Source of the DNA: Candidatus Heimdallarchaeota archaeon
Lineage (GTDB): Archaea > Asgardarchaeota > Wukongarchaeia > Wukongarchaeales > JBHIFL01
Assembly (NCBI GenBank): GCA_046761065.1
Contig: JBHIFL010000040.1
Location: 1-38,916 of the forward strand
Direction: 5' to 3'
DNA length: 38,916 nucleotides
The first letter of the stretch is position 1. The number at the start of each line of letters is the position of its first letter. The notes beneath the pieces were generated by a model. It did not search any database, was not told where the DNA came from, and saw nothing but the letters and a program-made list of their open reading frames with translations. A program made the translations under genes and the position numbers. Shown here piece after piece: positions 17,546 to 27,899 of this stretch.

Positions 17546-17939
17546 TTTTGCCGTATTTGGTAAGAATTTTTATAAAGATTCTTCTCAACTTATTCCTTCG
17601 AAGCGGTCTCATATCAGGCGTTTAAGACGGTCTTTTACAGATATTTAAAGGGTTGAGGTGCAGCAATGATATTTTAGAGATTATGTCAGAAAACGTGAGG
17701 AGAACTTCATATTAACGGATTTAACTGTCACTTGGAATAAGAGAGAAAGCATGTCACAAAGATCGACGTCCCATAGCTTCGAAAACTGGAGGTTCTCTTC
17801 AAGTGATGACTTTCAAAAGATTAAAATCAAAAAATCAAGAAAATGACAAATTGTTTGGTATCTTGAATTCGGACAGGATGGAGAACACTTTTTTCAAATA
17901 CTGAAAATCTAGATATTTCCGTTAAGCGTGAAATGGGTT

Positions 17940-18146
17940 TTAGACTATATGACGAGCCATAATGATCTTTTGGATCTTCTTTAAATTCGCTATCGCCGCG
18001 TCCAATGTCACCGCTATAGAGTCATCCTTGATGTTTTTTAGTTTTTTCCGCACCATTCTCAACTGTTTCTCGGTTTCCGTTACGAGCGGGGTGATTTCCT
18101 TCAACTTTTTGTTTGCTGTAGTATATCGCGATTGCCAGGTGGACAT
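17940..18146 (-). CDS. Small basic helical/coiled-coil hypothetical protein (68 aa)
   Basis: SD-like GAGAGG upstream of the ATG; heptad pattern; fills an otherwise empty gap. Confidence 0.55.
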   Translation of the reverse strand: MSTWQSRYTTANKKLKEITPLVTETEKQLRMVRKKLKNIKDDSIAVTLDAAIANLKKIQKIIMARHIV

Positions 18147-18481
18147 GCTGTGTTCCTCTCATCTCACTCTGGGTTTGAGCCAGTTACTGGTTACCTCGAG
18201 GAGGTGTTCCAGCTGGTTATCTTTTTCAAGGTATTCGTTCATCATTTCATCACTGTTTGTTAAATCCGTTATATAGATTGAATTATACTAGTAAAAGGCA
18301 TTCTTTAAAAAGGTGTTTAGTTTCAGATATGTTCTTTTTGAAAGGGCATTAAATATGAACCGACTTCTTATATGGTTTGTAATGCCCCAATCTATAGAAC
18401 CATATGGAATTTTACTCAAATGAAAGCTGTCCTGTAAGAACTCGGTTATTTAATTGCTCTATTACTAGATAATCTTAAACT

Positions 18482-19933
18482 ATGAAGGGACATATTGTGA
18501 GTAGTGAACAGAACTATGACACCATAATTGGGGGAGCAGGACCTGCAGGTATCTTCGCGGCATACGAATTGGTTCAATTGGATCCTACTCTTCAAGTCGC
18601 TCTGTTTGAGAAAGGGCGGGTTCTTTCAGAACGCAATTGCCCAGCTTTCAAGACCCAGAAATGTGTCTTCTGTAAACCGTGCGCGATGCTGTCTGGTTGG
18701 GGAGGAGCTGGAGCATTTTCGGATGGTAAGTTAGTGTTAGTTCCCCATGTCGGTGGTTGGTTAGGGGACTATATTGATGAAGAAGAGCTTATTGACCTTA
18801 TCAATTATGTAGAAGGAATTTTTCTAGAATTTGGCGTCCCTGATGAGAAAATATTCAATATAAGCAGTAGTCAATATGAGCAAATTCAAAGAAAGGCTAC
18901 ACCGGCTGGGTTGGAACTGATCCCGTCCCGTGTACGCCATATAGGAACGGATCGGTGTCATCTAGTTTTAAAAGCGCTGGAGAATTATCTTTCCACAAAG
19001 ATAGAGATCTATTTTGAGAAGCCCATCAATGATCTCCTCCTTCAAAATGGGGCAGTTCAAGGCGTAGTTCTTGAAAACGGAGAAGCCATTCATGGGAATA
19101 CTGTAATCCTTGCGACAGGACGAGAAGGGGCGGAATGGCTTCAAACGATAGCTAAAAAGCTCAAATTAAAGACTCAAAGTAACCCCGTGGATATTGGTGT
19201 CAGGGTGGAAGTGCCTGCAGCTATAACTAACTCGTTAACAGATATCTTATATGATTTCAAGTTTAAGTACTACTCAAAGACGTATGATGACATGATCCGC
19301 ACGTTTTGCGTGTGTCCAAATGGCGAAGTCGTAATAGAGAGTTATAGAGACGTTGTGACGGTCAATGGACAAAGTTATGCCCACAAGAAGACGGACAATA
19401 CAAATTTTGCGCTATTGGTTAGTACACGCTTCACGTATCCGTTTCGTGACCCAATTGGCTATGGAGAGTACATCGCAAGACTTGCCAATACTTTATCGGG
19501 AGGGCAAGTCATAGTCCAACGCTTAGCTGACTTAAGACGGGGACGAAGATCCACTCCAGAGCGAATCAAGCGAAGCAGTGTCAAACCCACCTTGAAAACG
19601 GCAGTTCCAGGAGATTTAAGTTTCGTCTTTCCTCATCGCTATCTAGTGGACATCCTAGAGATGCTAGATGCGTTAGATCAAGTCCTACCTGGCATAGCTA
19701 GTGAGCATACACTGTTGTATGGTGCCGAAGTGAAGTTCTATTCGGCGCGCTACCACGTGGACAAAAACCTTGAAACGGAGATACCCAATCTTTATACTAT
19801 TGGAGATGGAGCCGGCATAACCCGTTCGCTAGTTCAAGCCGCCACGAGCGGGGTAAGAGCTGCACGCGCCATAATTGATAAGACAAGATACACTGCTCAG
19901 CGCAAAAAAATAGTTGATAGCCAAGGCCATTGA
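18482..19933 (+). CDS. NAD(P)/FAD-dependent oxidoreductase (COG2509-like)
   Basis: GAGPAG Rossmann motif, CP...C..C.PC, GWGGAGAFSDGK, RHIGTD, RTFCVCPNG, NTNFALLV, LYGAEVKFYS, IGDGAGITR. Confidence 0.9.
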   Translation: MKGHIVSSEQNYDTIIGGAGPAGIFAAYELVQLDPTLQVALFEKGRVLSERNCPAFKTQKCVFCKPCAMLSGWGGAGAFSDGKLVLVPHVGGWLGDYIDEEELIDLINYVEGIFLEFGVPDEKIFNISSSQYEQIQRKATPAGLELIPSRVRHIGTDRCHLVLKALENYLSTKIEIYFEKPINDLLLQNGAVQGVVLENGEAIHGNTVILATGREGAEWLQTIAKKLKLKTQSNPVDIGVRVEVPAAITNSLTDILYDFKFKYYSKTYDDMIRTFCVCPNGEVVIESYRDVVTVNGQSYAHKKTDNTNFALLVSTRFTYPFRDPIGYGEYIARLANTLSGGQVIVQRLADLRRGRRSTPERIKRSSVKPTLKTAVPGDLSFVFPHRYLVDILEMLDALDQVLPGIASEHTLLYGAEVKFYSARYHVDKNLETEIPNLYTIGDGAGITRSLVQAATSGVRAARAIIDKTRYTAQRKKIVDSQGH

Positions 19934-19991
19934 AGAAAGTAATTCCTATGCGAGCTGGATTTGGAAGTTCTAAGGTCGAAATGCGGTGAAG

Positions 19992-20684
19992 TTAACTTGG
20001 GATGAGAGGATCAATCGAGGTGAGGGCCTTATCCCGGTTGGTTTCTGCTTGAAGTTCTTTTTTCTTCAAGAACAGTCGTAGTTTGTAGAACTCCTCCCGT
20101 TCCTTTTCTTCTAAGGTGGATTCAATTTCTTGGATTTGTTGTTTCAATTCAGGAAGTAAAATTTCATCTAAGGCATTATATCGTGTTCGGATTTTTTGAA
20201 TCTCATGTCCTATGCGCATTATAATGCTTTCTTTTGTAGCTAAGTCAATAATCAGTTCAATAAGACGATCAAATGCTTCAATCATTTTATTAACGCGCAT
20301 GGAGGAAATACTAAAAGGGAAGCGTTCGACGGGGTTCGAATACGGTTGTAGGATGGGGACGTTCACGCCCCCAATATTCTCTGTACGAACAAGTAGCTGG
20401 CGCTTGGTTGATAATAGGAGGATAAGCCGCTCAAGTAGCTGTTTATCAAATGTTTTGGCTAGAATAAGGCGACGAGTTGCTTCATGGGTAAGGGTTGCCA
20501 GGTCTTGGCGAATAGCCAGAAGGTCACGCGCATGCCTGTTGAAGGCGGTAAGGAGAGTGCCCAAACGATCTTCGAGTAAATCACGCCCCTTCTCAGCCAA
20601 CTCGAATAAATTCCTTATTTTCTGCAATTCCACTTTTGTCTTTTTGAGGAGGGACAATTCAATCACCGGGATAATATTTCTCAA
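19992..20684 (-). CDS. atpD: A/V-type ATP synthase subunit D
   Basis: KGRDLLEDR, ENIGGVNVP, EIQKIRTRYNALDEILLP, LEEKEREEFYKL; last gene of the operon. Confidence 0.92.
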   Translation of the reverse strand: MRNIIPVIELSLLKKTKVELQKIRNLFELAEKGRDLLEDRLGTLLTAFNRHARDLLAIRQDLATLTHEATRRLILAKTFDKQLLERLILLLSTKRQLLVRTENIGGVNVPILQPYSNPVERFPFSISSMRVNKMIEAFDRLIELIIDLATKESIIMRIGHEIQKIRTRYNALDEILLPELKQQIQEIESTLEEKEREEFYKLRLFLKKKELQAETNRDKALTSIDPLIPS

Positions 20685-22041
20685 TATAGCGCTGAGGGAT
20701 TCGGTTGAGGTCTGCTTTAGGCAGAAGGGTTAACATGTTCCACCCTTGCTTCAGAGTTGTCTCTATTGATCGAACGGCCTCACCTTGATGAATAAATTTG
20801 CGTTCAAACTGGTCTGCAAATTCAAGATATTGTTGCTCGCGTGCAGAAAGGGATTCTTTACCTGTGATGGAAGCCAACTGCCTGAATTGGGTTCCTTTTG
20901 CATAAGCGGCATATAACTGATTGGCTAAACTCGCATGGTCTTCTTTGGTCTTTTCTTTCCCAATTCCAGCATGCATTAATCGACTCAGACTAGGTAACGG
21001 GTTCAGAGGCGGAAAAATTAGTCGGTTGAATAAATCACGGGATAAAACCAGTTGGCCTTCAGTGATAAAGCCCGTGAGGTCTGGGACAGGATGAGTGATG
21101 TCATCATTTGGCATGGTCACAATGGGGACAAGAGTAATACTCCCCTCACTTCCTTTCAGTTTCCCAGCTCGTTCATAAATCGAAGCCAAATCCGTATAAA
21201 GGTATCCAGGGTATCCACGGCGTCCAGGAAATTCTTCACGAGTCGCGGAGATTTCTCGTAAGGCTTCGGAATAATTAAGCATATCCGTGAGAATCACCAA
21301 GACGGGAAAATCAAGTTCAAAAGCAAGGTATTCAGCAAAAGTCAAAGCGACTCGGGGAGTTAAAAGGCGTTCTACAATGCTATCTTGAGCGAAATTGGAA
21401 AAGAACGCGATATTAGCCGTAGAAGCCGCCTCAAACGTCTTCCGGAAATAGGCCCCTTCACGTTCAGTAATTCCCATGGCTGCAAAGATCACAGTTAATT
21501 CGGTTTTGGAACCCCGTAATCGCGACTGGACGGCAATACGAGCTGCCAACTCACTTGTTGGGAGGCCAGACCCCGCAAAAATCGGTAGTTTCTGACCTTG
21601 TACAAGCGAGTTTAGCCCATCAATTACAGAAATCCCGGTTTCAATGAAATTTTCGGAGGGTTCACGTCTGACCGGATTAAGAGGACTCCCAGAAACTGGA
21701 ACGAGCTTTTCCGGGATGAGTGGTCCAAGATCATCGATCGGAACCCCAAGTCCGTTCATTGAGCGTGCAATCATTTGTTTGGCGATACCGACTTTAAACA
21801 CATCTTGAGTAAATTCTACTTTCGTGTTAACGGTTTCCATTCCCTCGGTTCCTTCGAAGACCTGGATTATCGTCGCGGTTTTGTCTGCTTGAAGGACCTG
21901 TCCCATCCTGACTGTTCCATCATCGAGGTGGATTGTAACAACTTCTTCATAAGCAACCTCCTCGATATTTCGCAAAAAGATAATTGATCCTTGAATTTGA
22001 TATGTCGTTTGGTACTGAAATGTCCCTATTGGTTTTCTCAT
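20659..22041 (-). CDS. atpB: A/V-type ATP synthase subunit B
   Basis: GQKLPIFAGSGLP, PGRRGYPGYLYTDLASIYERAG, DDITHPVPDLTGFITEGQ. Confidence 0.97.
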   Translation of the reverse strand: MRKPIGTFQYQTTYQIQGSIIFLRNIEEVAYEEVVTIHLDDGTVRMGQVLQADKTATIIQVFEGTEGMETVNTKVEFTQDVFKVGIAKQMIARSMNGLGVPIDDLGPLIPEKLVPVSGSPLNPVRREPSENFIETGISVIDGLNSLVQGQKLPIFAGSGLPTSELAARIAVQSRLRGSKTELTVIFAAMGITEREGAYFRKTFEAASTANIAFFSNFAQDSIVERLLTPRVALTFAEYLAFELDFPVLVILTDMLNYSEALREISATREEFPGRRGYPGYLYTDLASIYERAGKLKGSEGSITLVPIVTMPNDDITHPVPDLTGFITEGQLVLSRDLFNRLIFPPLNPLPSLSRLMHAGIGKEKTKEDHASLANQLYAAYAKGTQFRQLASITGKESLSAREQQYLEFADQFERKFIHQGEAVRSIETTLKQGWNMLTLLPKADLNRIPQRYIEKYYPGD

Positions 22042-22065
22042 TGCTCGAAGGCCTCCCCATCCTTT

Positions 22066-23784
22066 TCAGAATTGTGAGAAAAGTTGATTTCTTAAGTGAA
22101 GGATTCCTTCAAGATCCCGTTCTTTCATCCGTTTAATCTCTGCAACCCAAGGAGTTTGTTGAAGATCCTCTACGATGTAATTCTGATTAGATACTTTCTG
22201 TTGAATTAGGTCATGAGCTGTTAAGATGGTTTTTGCCATATGGTACGTTTTTTCAGACGAACAAAAGGCATCAAACTCGGAAAAGGCATTTTGTTGTAGA
22301 AATCCTTCCTTTATCAATTCAGCCGTTAATAGTAATCCTTTTTGGCTTTCTGAAAGCGTATCTTTACCCAACAATCGTACAATGCGCTCTAATTCTTCTT
22401 CGGTTTGCATAACTTCCTGTAATTGTTGTTGGATCTCCCCCCAATCGTTTGCAATGCGATCTTTCATGAAGAGAATGACTTCCCGGGTATATCTTGTAAA
22501 GCTGAGATGCCAATTCACTGCGGGATAGTGTCGACTGCGAGCTAGCTCGGTATCTAAAGCCCACAACGCATTAGCCACCCGCAAACTATACTGAGTAACG
22601 GGCTCGGAAAAATCTCCAGCTTGAGGAGATACAGCCCCTACGATGGTGAGGCTGCCTTCAGACCCACCTAGCGTCTCTACACTGCCTCCACGTTCATAAA
22701 ATTGGCCGATCAATTTGGGGAGATAGGAGGGATATCCTTCTTCACCAGGGATTTCTTCAAGGCGTCCTGAAATTTCTCGTAATGCCTCAGCCCAGCGGGA
22801 TGTGGAATCAGCTAACATTGAGACACGATAGCCCATATCTCGGTAAAATTCGGCAATCGTGACCCCAGAGTAAATGGATGCTTCTCTGGCTGCCACGGGC
22901 ATATTGGACGTATTTGCAATGATGCAAGTCCGTTCACTCATTGGATGTCCAGTCTTCGGATCTTCTAAAGTACGGAAACTTTCTAACGTTTCAATTGTTT
23001 CATTGCCACGTTCTCCACAGAGAGTTAATACCATGATATCTGTAGAGGAGTGCTTAGCAAGAGTTCTCTCAAGTATAGTTTTCCCTGTCCCAAATCCACC
23101 CGGGATGATTGCGGTTCCCCCTTCAATGACTGGGAAGAAGAAATCTAAAATCCGCTGTCCCGTTATGAACGGTCGTAATGTGGAGATACGACGACGGTAT
23201 GGGCGTGGGACTCGGACAGGCCAGTCATGATATAAATAAAGCTGCTCCCCAGATACTAATTTAGCAATAACATCATCAATTGAATAGTCTCCTTCTGATA
23301 CGATTTCCTTGACTCGGCCAGAGGTTTGAGGAGGCACTAGGACATGGTGGTCAATTAATGGAGTTTCCTTTAGGACTCCTAAGGATTCTCCACCATGTAA
23401 TTTATCACCAGGCTTTATTTGTGGAATAAAGTGCCATTGTTTAGAACGTGGCAAAACGGCCTCTTTCATTCCAGGCTCTAAGGCATTCGCTTTAATTCGT
23501 TCGAGTGGGCGTTGAATCCCATCAAAAACCCCACTTAGCAACCCAGGACCCAATCTAACGGTTAACGGGTGTTTTAAATCAATCACAGGTTCGTTTATTG
23601 ACAATGAAGAGGTTTCCTCATAGACTTGAATGATTATAGTTCCTCCTTTAATTTGAACAATTTCTCCAAGGAGTTCCTTCTCTCCCACAAGCACAAGATG
23701 ATTCTTTTTTCCCCCTCGCAAGCCTTCTGCAAAAACAACCGGCCCAATGATGCGTGTGATCCGCCCTATACTCATTTGAGTCAC
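22066..23784 (-). CDS. atpA: A/V-type ATP synthase catalytic subunit A
   Basis: Walker A GGFGTGKT, CGERGNE, NTSNMPVAAREAS, ADSTSRWAEALREIS; no intein. Confidence 0.97.
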   Translation of the reverse strand: MTQMSIGRITRIIGPVVFAEGLRGGKKNHLVLVGEKELLGEIVQIKGGTIIIQVYEETSSLSINEPVIDLKHPLTVRLGPGLLSGVFDGIQRPLERIKANALEPGMKEAVLPRSKQWHFIPQIKPGDKLHGGESLGVLKETPLIDHHVLVPPQTSGRVKEIVSEGDYSIDDVIAKLVSGEQLYLYHDWPVRVPRPYRRRISTLRPFITGQRILDFFFPVIEGGTAIIPGGFGTGKTILERTLAKHSSTDIMVLTLCGERGNETIETLESFRTLEDPKTGHPMSERTCIIANTSNMPVAAREASIYSGVTIAEFYRDMGYRVSMLADSTSRWAEALREISGRLEEIPGEEGYPSYLPKLIGQFYERGGSVETLGGSEGSLTIVGAVSPQAGDFSEPVTQYSLRVANALWALDTELARSRHYPAVNWHLSFTRYTREVILFMKDRIANDWGEIQQQLQEVMQTEEELERIVRLLGKDTLSESQKGLLLTAELIKEGFLQQNAFSEFDAFCSSEKTYHMAKTILTAHDLIQQKVSNQNYIVEDLQQTPWVAEIKRMKERDLEGILHLRNQLFSQF

Positions 23785-24116
23785 TCCATGCTAACTTTAA
23801 GATAATAGCCTATCGCGCGTTTGATCGCTTCGCGCACATAAAGTGCAGCATCAATTGGCTCGACTAGATGTCTGACCAGTGGTACCCGAATTATTACGGG
23901 TTTCATTTTTGTTTCAAGTCTTTTCAAAAAGGATACATCGAGGGCTTTATAGAAATGATCAGGTATTGCAATCAGACCTACATTAGGATCTGATGCAAGT
24001 TGAGTGATCAATTTTGCCGCCTCTTGTGGATTGTTTTCCTGATAAACTTCAGCCCCAGCCAATTCATATCCGATTGCATGATTTGGGGGGAATACAAAGA
24101 TAAGCCGGTCAGCCAA
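23781..24116 (-). CDS. atpF: A/V-type ATP synthase subunit F
   Basis: GYELAG...VGLIAI...PVIIRVP...IKRAIG; position between C and A. Confidence 0.9.
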   Translation of the reverse strand: MADRLIFVFPPNHAIGYELAGAEVYQENNPQEAAKLITQLASDPNVGLIAIPDHFYKALDVSFLKRLETKMKPVIIRVPLVRHLVEPIDAALYVREAIKRAIGYYLKVSME

Positions 24117-25194
24117 TTATCAAGAACCTCCTCGCTTCGGATCGGGGATAGTCTGAGGAAATAACTTGACTTAAAAACCGGAGATTGCGAACTTCGGCAA
24201 CAAGTTGCCAACAGAAGGCCAAGCCCAACCCAATTCCCTGAGGTTTCTGTTTTGTTCTCCGAATTTGACGTTGAATGAACTTATTTTCTAATACAAGACC
24301 AATTGTGTCTAATTGAGTTCTAATCGTTTCCTTCGAAAAAATAGGAGGTAAGAATTTACCGTAACTGCTTTTACGACAAATTGCATAGGTTTCATCTAAC
24401 TTCTTTGATTGAAGAGTGGCAATCAACATCTCAATTTGTTTATCAATTCCATCATGAATAAAATAATCATGCAAACTGAGTTCTGGAGGGATTTTTTCAC
24501 TCATCGTTAATGCTAGAAGTCTCAACGCCATCTGGAGCGTTTTAAACTCGATTTCGGCAGAAATCATCGCTTGAAAGATCCGCACCGATTTTGTAACCTT
24601 TACGGAATTCAAAGTGTGTGCAATAAGCTTAAAATAATAGTTGTCAAAAGCCGTTTCGATCCTTTCTGCCTGCAACTTATCGGAATCAAATTGATTCAGT
24701 TCGCGTACAACACCTACTAGGGGAGATCTCCGTGTAGCTAACCAATCTTGAAGGGCATTTAAAGTATTTATTGAATCTAAAACTCTATAAGCCTCAGTTT
24801 CATATCCTTTTAGTGGAATTAACTTGTCCTTCCAACTTATTTGAATTGGCTTGTTTGTGATAATGCGATAAACCAACAATTTCACATTATCAAATTCCCA
24901 ACGCTGCAAAAATAACTGAAAAAGCAGGTGGGCTTCCCCTCGAGTGAATTCTAAAATTTTTTGGCATTGAGCTGCGAAATAGCGCGTTATGGTGTGGTCG
25001 ATTGCGGCAACTCGGTCTCCAAAAAGCAATTCTTCCTCAAGGATCGCCCCATATGGGGTTTTCCGCAGATAATCTACCATTTCATTAATAGATCCTAGTG
25101 ATAAGAGTTTTTTATATGTAGCTTTTTCAAGTAAATAGCTTCTCATTCCATGGATTCGCGCATTAACATATACATAACCTGTGGAATTTCCCAA
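24109..25194 (-). CDS. atpC: A/V-type ATP synthase subunit C (d-like)
   Basis: YVYVNARIHGMRSYLL, RWEFDNVK, EVRNLR; 361 aa; operon position. Confidence 0.9.
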   Translation of the reverse strand: MGNSTGYVYVNARIHGMRSYLLEKATYKKLLSLGSINEMVDYLRKTPYGAILEEELLFGDRVAAIDHTITRYFAAQCQKILEFTRGEAHLLFQLFLQRWEFDNVKLLVYRIITNKPIQISWKDKLIPLKGYETEAYRVLDSINTLNALQDWLATRRSPLVGVVRELNQFDSDKLQAERIETAFDNYYFKLIAHTLNSVKVTKSVRIFQAMISAEIEFKTLQMALRLLALTMSEKIPPELSLHDYFIHDGIDKQIEMLIATLQSKKLDETYAICRKSSYGKFLPPIFSKETIRTQLDTIGLVLENKFIQRQIRRTKQKPQGIGLGLAFCWQLVAEVRNLRFLSQVISSDYPRSEARRFLIIG

Positions 25195-25784
25195 GGGTCA
25201 ACCTCCATCCTCTCAAATAGTATCGCAGCAATTTCAACAGCTAATTCCAATTGATGGTGTCTCAAGCGCGATTCCAGAGTATTTTCGATGGTTATCCCGC
25301 GATCAGGTAGTTCAAGCCGGACCCCTGTTTCCTCAAGATCCGTGAAGACCTCATAGGATCCTGGCAAGCTCAAGTCATTTAATAGTTCTTCATCGCTGGG
25401 TTTAACATGAATTCGGTAGTGTGTCTGAAGATATTTTTTATTCTCCGTTATTAAAGCTTGAAAGATCCTCTTGTAATTGGGATGTTGGTTTAGCTCTTGA
25501 ATTCTTTGTGAAATTGCAGTGATAACTGCATTCACAAGAGTAAATCGTTTCTCATTATATTTCTTATACCATATTTGTCGCCGTTGCATGAGTTGACGCT
25601 TAAAGTTCTCAATCATACGATTAATCCGCGCTTCATAATGTTGTTTCCCATCACGTTCGGCCCGGTCGGCTGCATCCCGATAGATTTGCTCAACCATATC
25701 CTTGCTTTCTTGCATTATTGCCTCGATTTCCATTTGTTTCCTTTTTTCTAAAGCTTTGAAGATCGTTTCAAGTTGGTTAGACAT
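25143..25784 (-). CDS. atpE: A/V-type ATP synthase subunit E
   Basis: N-terminal coiled coil; GVRLE...IENTLESRL near the C-terminus; position after K. Confidence 0.85.
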   Translation of the reverse strand: MSNQLETIFKALEKRKQMEIEAIMQESKDMVEQIYRDAADRAERDGKQHYEARINRMIENFKRQLMQRRQIWYKKYNEKRFTLVNAVITAISQRIQELNQHPNYKRIFQALITENKKYLQTHYRIHVKPSDEELLNDLSLPGSYEVFTDLEETGVRLELPDRGITIENTLESRLRHHQLELAVEIAAILFERMEVDPWEIPQVMYMLMRESME

Positions 25785-25792
25785 CGCTTTAT

Positions 25793-26011
25793 CTACACCA
25801 CGAATAAAAGGATGATAGCAATCACAAAGGATAAGACAAGACCAGTTTCCGGAAGTACGGTTAAGATGAGCCCGATTCCAACATTTTCAGGCCGTTCAGC
25901 AAGCATTCCAGCAACAGCTTCTCCAATCCGACCTTGTGACCAAGCTGTGCTTACAGCTCCAGCTGCGATGGTGATCGCAGCGGAAAAGATTCCTATATCT
26001 GAAACCATCAT
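25793..26011 (-). CDS. atpK: A-type ATP synthase proteolipid subunit K (c), single hairpin
   Basis: 72 aa, two TM helices; AWSQGRIG...AERPE...LTVLPET with the essential Glu. Confidence 0.93.
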   Translation of the reverse strand: MMVSDIGIFSAAITIAAGAVSTAWSQGRIGEAVAGMLAERPENVGIGLILTVLPETGLVLSFVIAIILLFVV

Positions 26012-26017
26012 TTCACC

Positions 26018-27895
26018 TCAATTTATCCCAAACGGCCTATAAGGAATTCCTCCAGGTTTCTCAAATTGCGTAAAGAACTCGTAGAGGTTTAACCTTAAGG
26101 CATGAACACTAGGCGAAAGCACTGCGATTATAATATTTATTAGATGGAGGATTACGGCAAATGGGATTCCAGCAAACGGATTTATTGTTATAGCTATGAG
26201 GTTCGCAACATACGTCATCATTACACTGATCATCCCTATCGCCATCAATCGGGCGTAGGAAAGAATATTTGAAAATCGGCTGTACAACGAAAGGATTCCA
26301 AGGGGTCCCTGCGCCCAGATAAGGACACCAATTGCGACTAAGTCAACAGCCAAACTTGGCCACAGGAGACGAGAGTTTTCTAAGAAAACGAGTGAACCCA
26401 AGCCCGCTGCGATAACCACCCATATCATGAGGATACTCCCATCTGCAATAGCGTCTTTATTGTGTTTCAGCTGGAAATTATTGTAAATGCCTAAACCCAA
26501 GCCAAAACTGACAATAATGAAACCGATAATAATAGAAACTTGAAGGTAGAGCAAGACATCTGCCAAGCGATCAAACCAAATAGGACGTAAAAGATTTGCC
26601 CTTATTGCGAGATCCCCAAAAAATTCCCCAAATAAGAAGCCAAAAAAAATAGCCCACACAGCAGCAACCATAAAAATCTTCCCTATGGCGTTCACGGCAT
26701 CAGTCTTCACTCTTGTTCGAAGATAATATGCACCAAGCAAAATAATAATTCCATAAGCTATATCGCCGACCATTAACCCCCAAAACAAGGGGAATAGGAC
26801 AAATATGAAGGGGGTGGGATCAAGTGTCTTGTATTTAGGTAGCGCACCGAGATTTGTTAGGGTTTCAAATGCCTTTATTGGAGGTGGGTTTGTTCTGAGA
26901 ATAGGGGCATTTGTAGTTGCTTTTTCCTTGTGAATTGTGATTATTGCTCCAAATGCCTCCTGTAGTTGGATTTCGAACTTCTTGATGAATTTTTCTGGCA
27001 CAAATCCCTCCAATCGAAAAATAGTATCCGTAGAGAACGAATTCATTAATAATTTTAGCCCTGTAATGCGGAATCGTATTTCATTCCGTAACTGGATTAA
27101 TTGGTGAGTAAATTGTGATTTCAAGTCGTTTTTCCGTTCTTCACCAGCTCTTATTTGTGTTCGATATTGTTCTTGGATCTGGTGGGCTCTTTCAGGCAAT
27201 TCTTGATATGGTAGGCCTTGTAACTCTTCCGGTAACCAAAGTTGACTGATCCGATACCCGTATAATAGGGTTTCTATGTCTGTACAGCAGTCTTTGGGAA
27301 AAATAACTAGCACAGCGTTATGATTTTCATCAAGAGAGCGAAATTGCAGCTGATATTGATCTTCTGTGATTTGAGCGACTTTTCGTTCAAACTCCGCAAG
27401 AGAAATGTCCCCTCTTCGATCAAGAATCAGTATTAGGACTTCTGTGTTTTCCGTTTGCTTTAGTCGTTCAACTAACTCCTGAGCCTTCTGAAACGTTTCC
27501 GTAAATCCAGCAAGCTGTTCTTGGCGGGCATCAAGTATCCTTTGCGTTCGTTCGATTTCTAATAATTCTGGATTGAGCTGGTCGATTATTTCATCACATT
27601 TTACAATCAATTCTTTGACAGACAGGTGCTCATGTTCTTCTGCGGCTATTATCAAAGCGTCTTCCGGTTTTTCTCCCCCGATTAAGTGAGAGATTAAGCT
27701 GGTTAGTCGAGTTTCTCTCTCTTTAAGTTTATCATGGTCTCTCTTTAATGGGAGATCCGAAAACTCGACTTCAGGGGGAACAGACCCGCTTTCTTGCATT
27801 AGATGTAATACGCCAAGGTATCGAATAAATCGAAGAATCTTGAAATAGTCTTCTTTTAATCCAATGATCTGAACCGAATACATTGTTTCTATCAT
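26018..27895 (-). CDS. atpI: A/V-type ATP synthase subunit I (a)
   Basis: DPTP...FPLFWGLMVGDIAYG, GEFFG, LSYARLMA (essential Arg), HALRLNLYEFF. Confidence 0.95.
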   Translation of the reverse strand: MIETMYSVQIIGLKEDYFKILRFIRYLGVLHLMQESGSVPPEVEFSDLPLKRDHDKLKERETRLTSLISHLIGGEKPEDALIIAAEEHEHLSVKELIVKCDEIIDQLNPELLEIERTQRILDARQEQLAGFTETFQKAQELVERLKQTENTEVLILILDRRGDISLAEFERKVAQITEDQYQLQFRSLDENHNAVLVIFPKDCCTDIETLLYGYRISQLWLPEELQGLPYQELPERAHQIQEQYRTQIRAGEERKNDLKSQFTHQLIQLRNEIRFRITGLKLLMNSFSTDTIFRLEGFVPEKFIKKFEIQLQEAFGAIITIHKEKATTNAPILRTNPPPIKAFETLTNLGALPKYKTLDPTPFIFVLFPLFWGLMVGDIAYGIIILLGAYYLRTRVKTDAVNAIGKIFMVAAVWAIFFGFLFGEFFGDLAIRANLLRPIWFDRLADVLLYLQVSIIIGFIIVSFGLGLGIYNNFQLKHNKDAIADGSILMIWVVIAAGLGSLVFLENSRLLWPSLAVDLVAIGVLIWAQGPLGILSLYSRFSNILSYARLMAIGMISVMMTYVANLIAITINPFAGIPFAVILHLINIIIAVLSPSVHALRLNLYEFFTQFEKPGGIPYRPFGIN

Positions 27896-27899
27896 AGAA

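Noticed and set aside
22066-23784. Intein in AtpA
   Set aside because: Normal length (572 aa) and contiguous sequence around Walker A.
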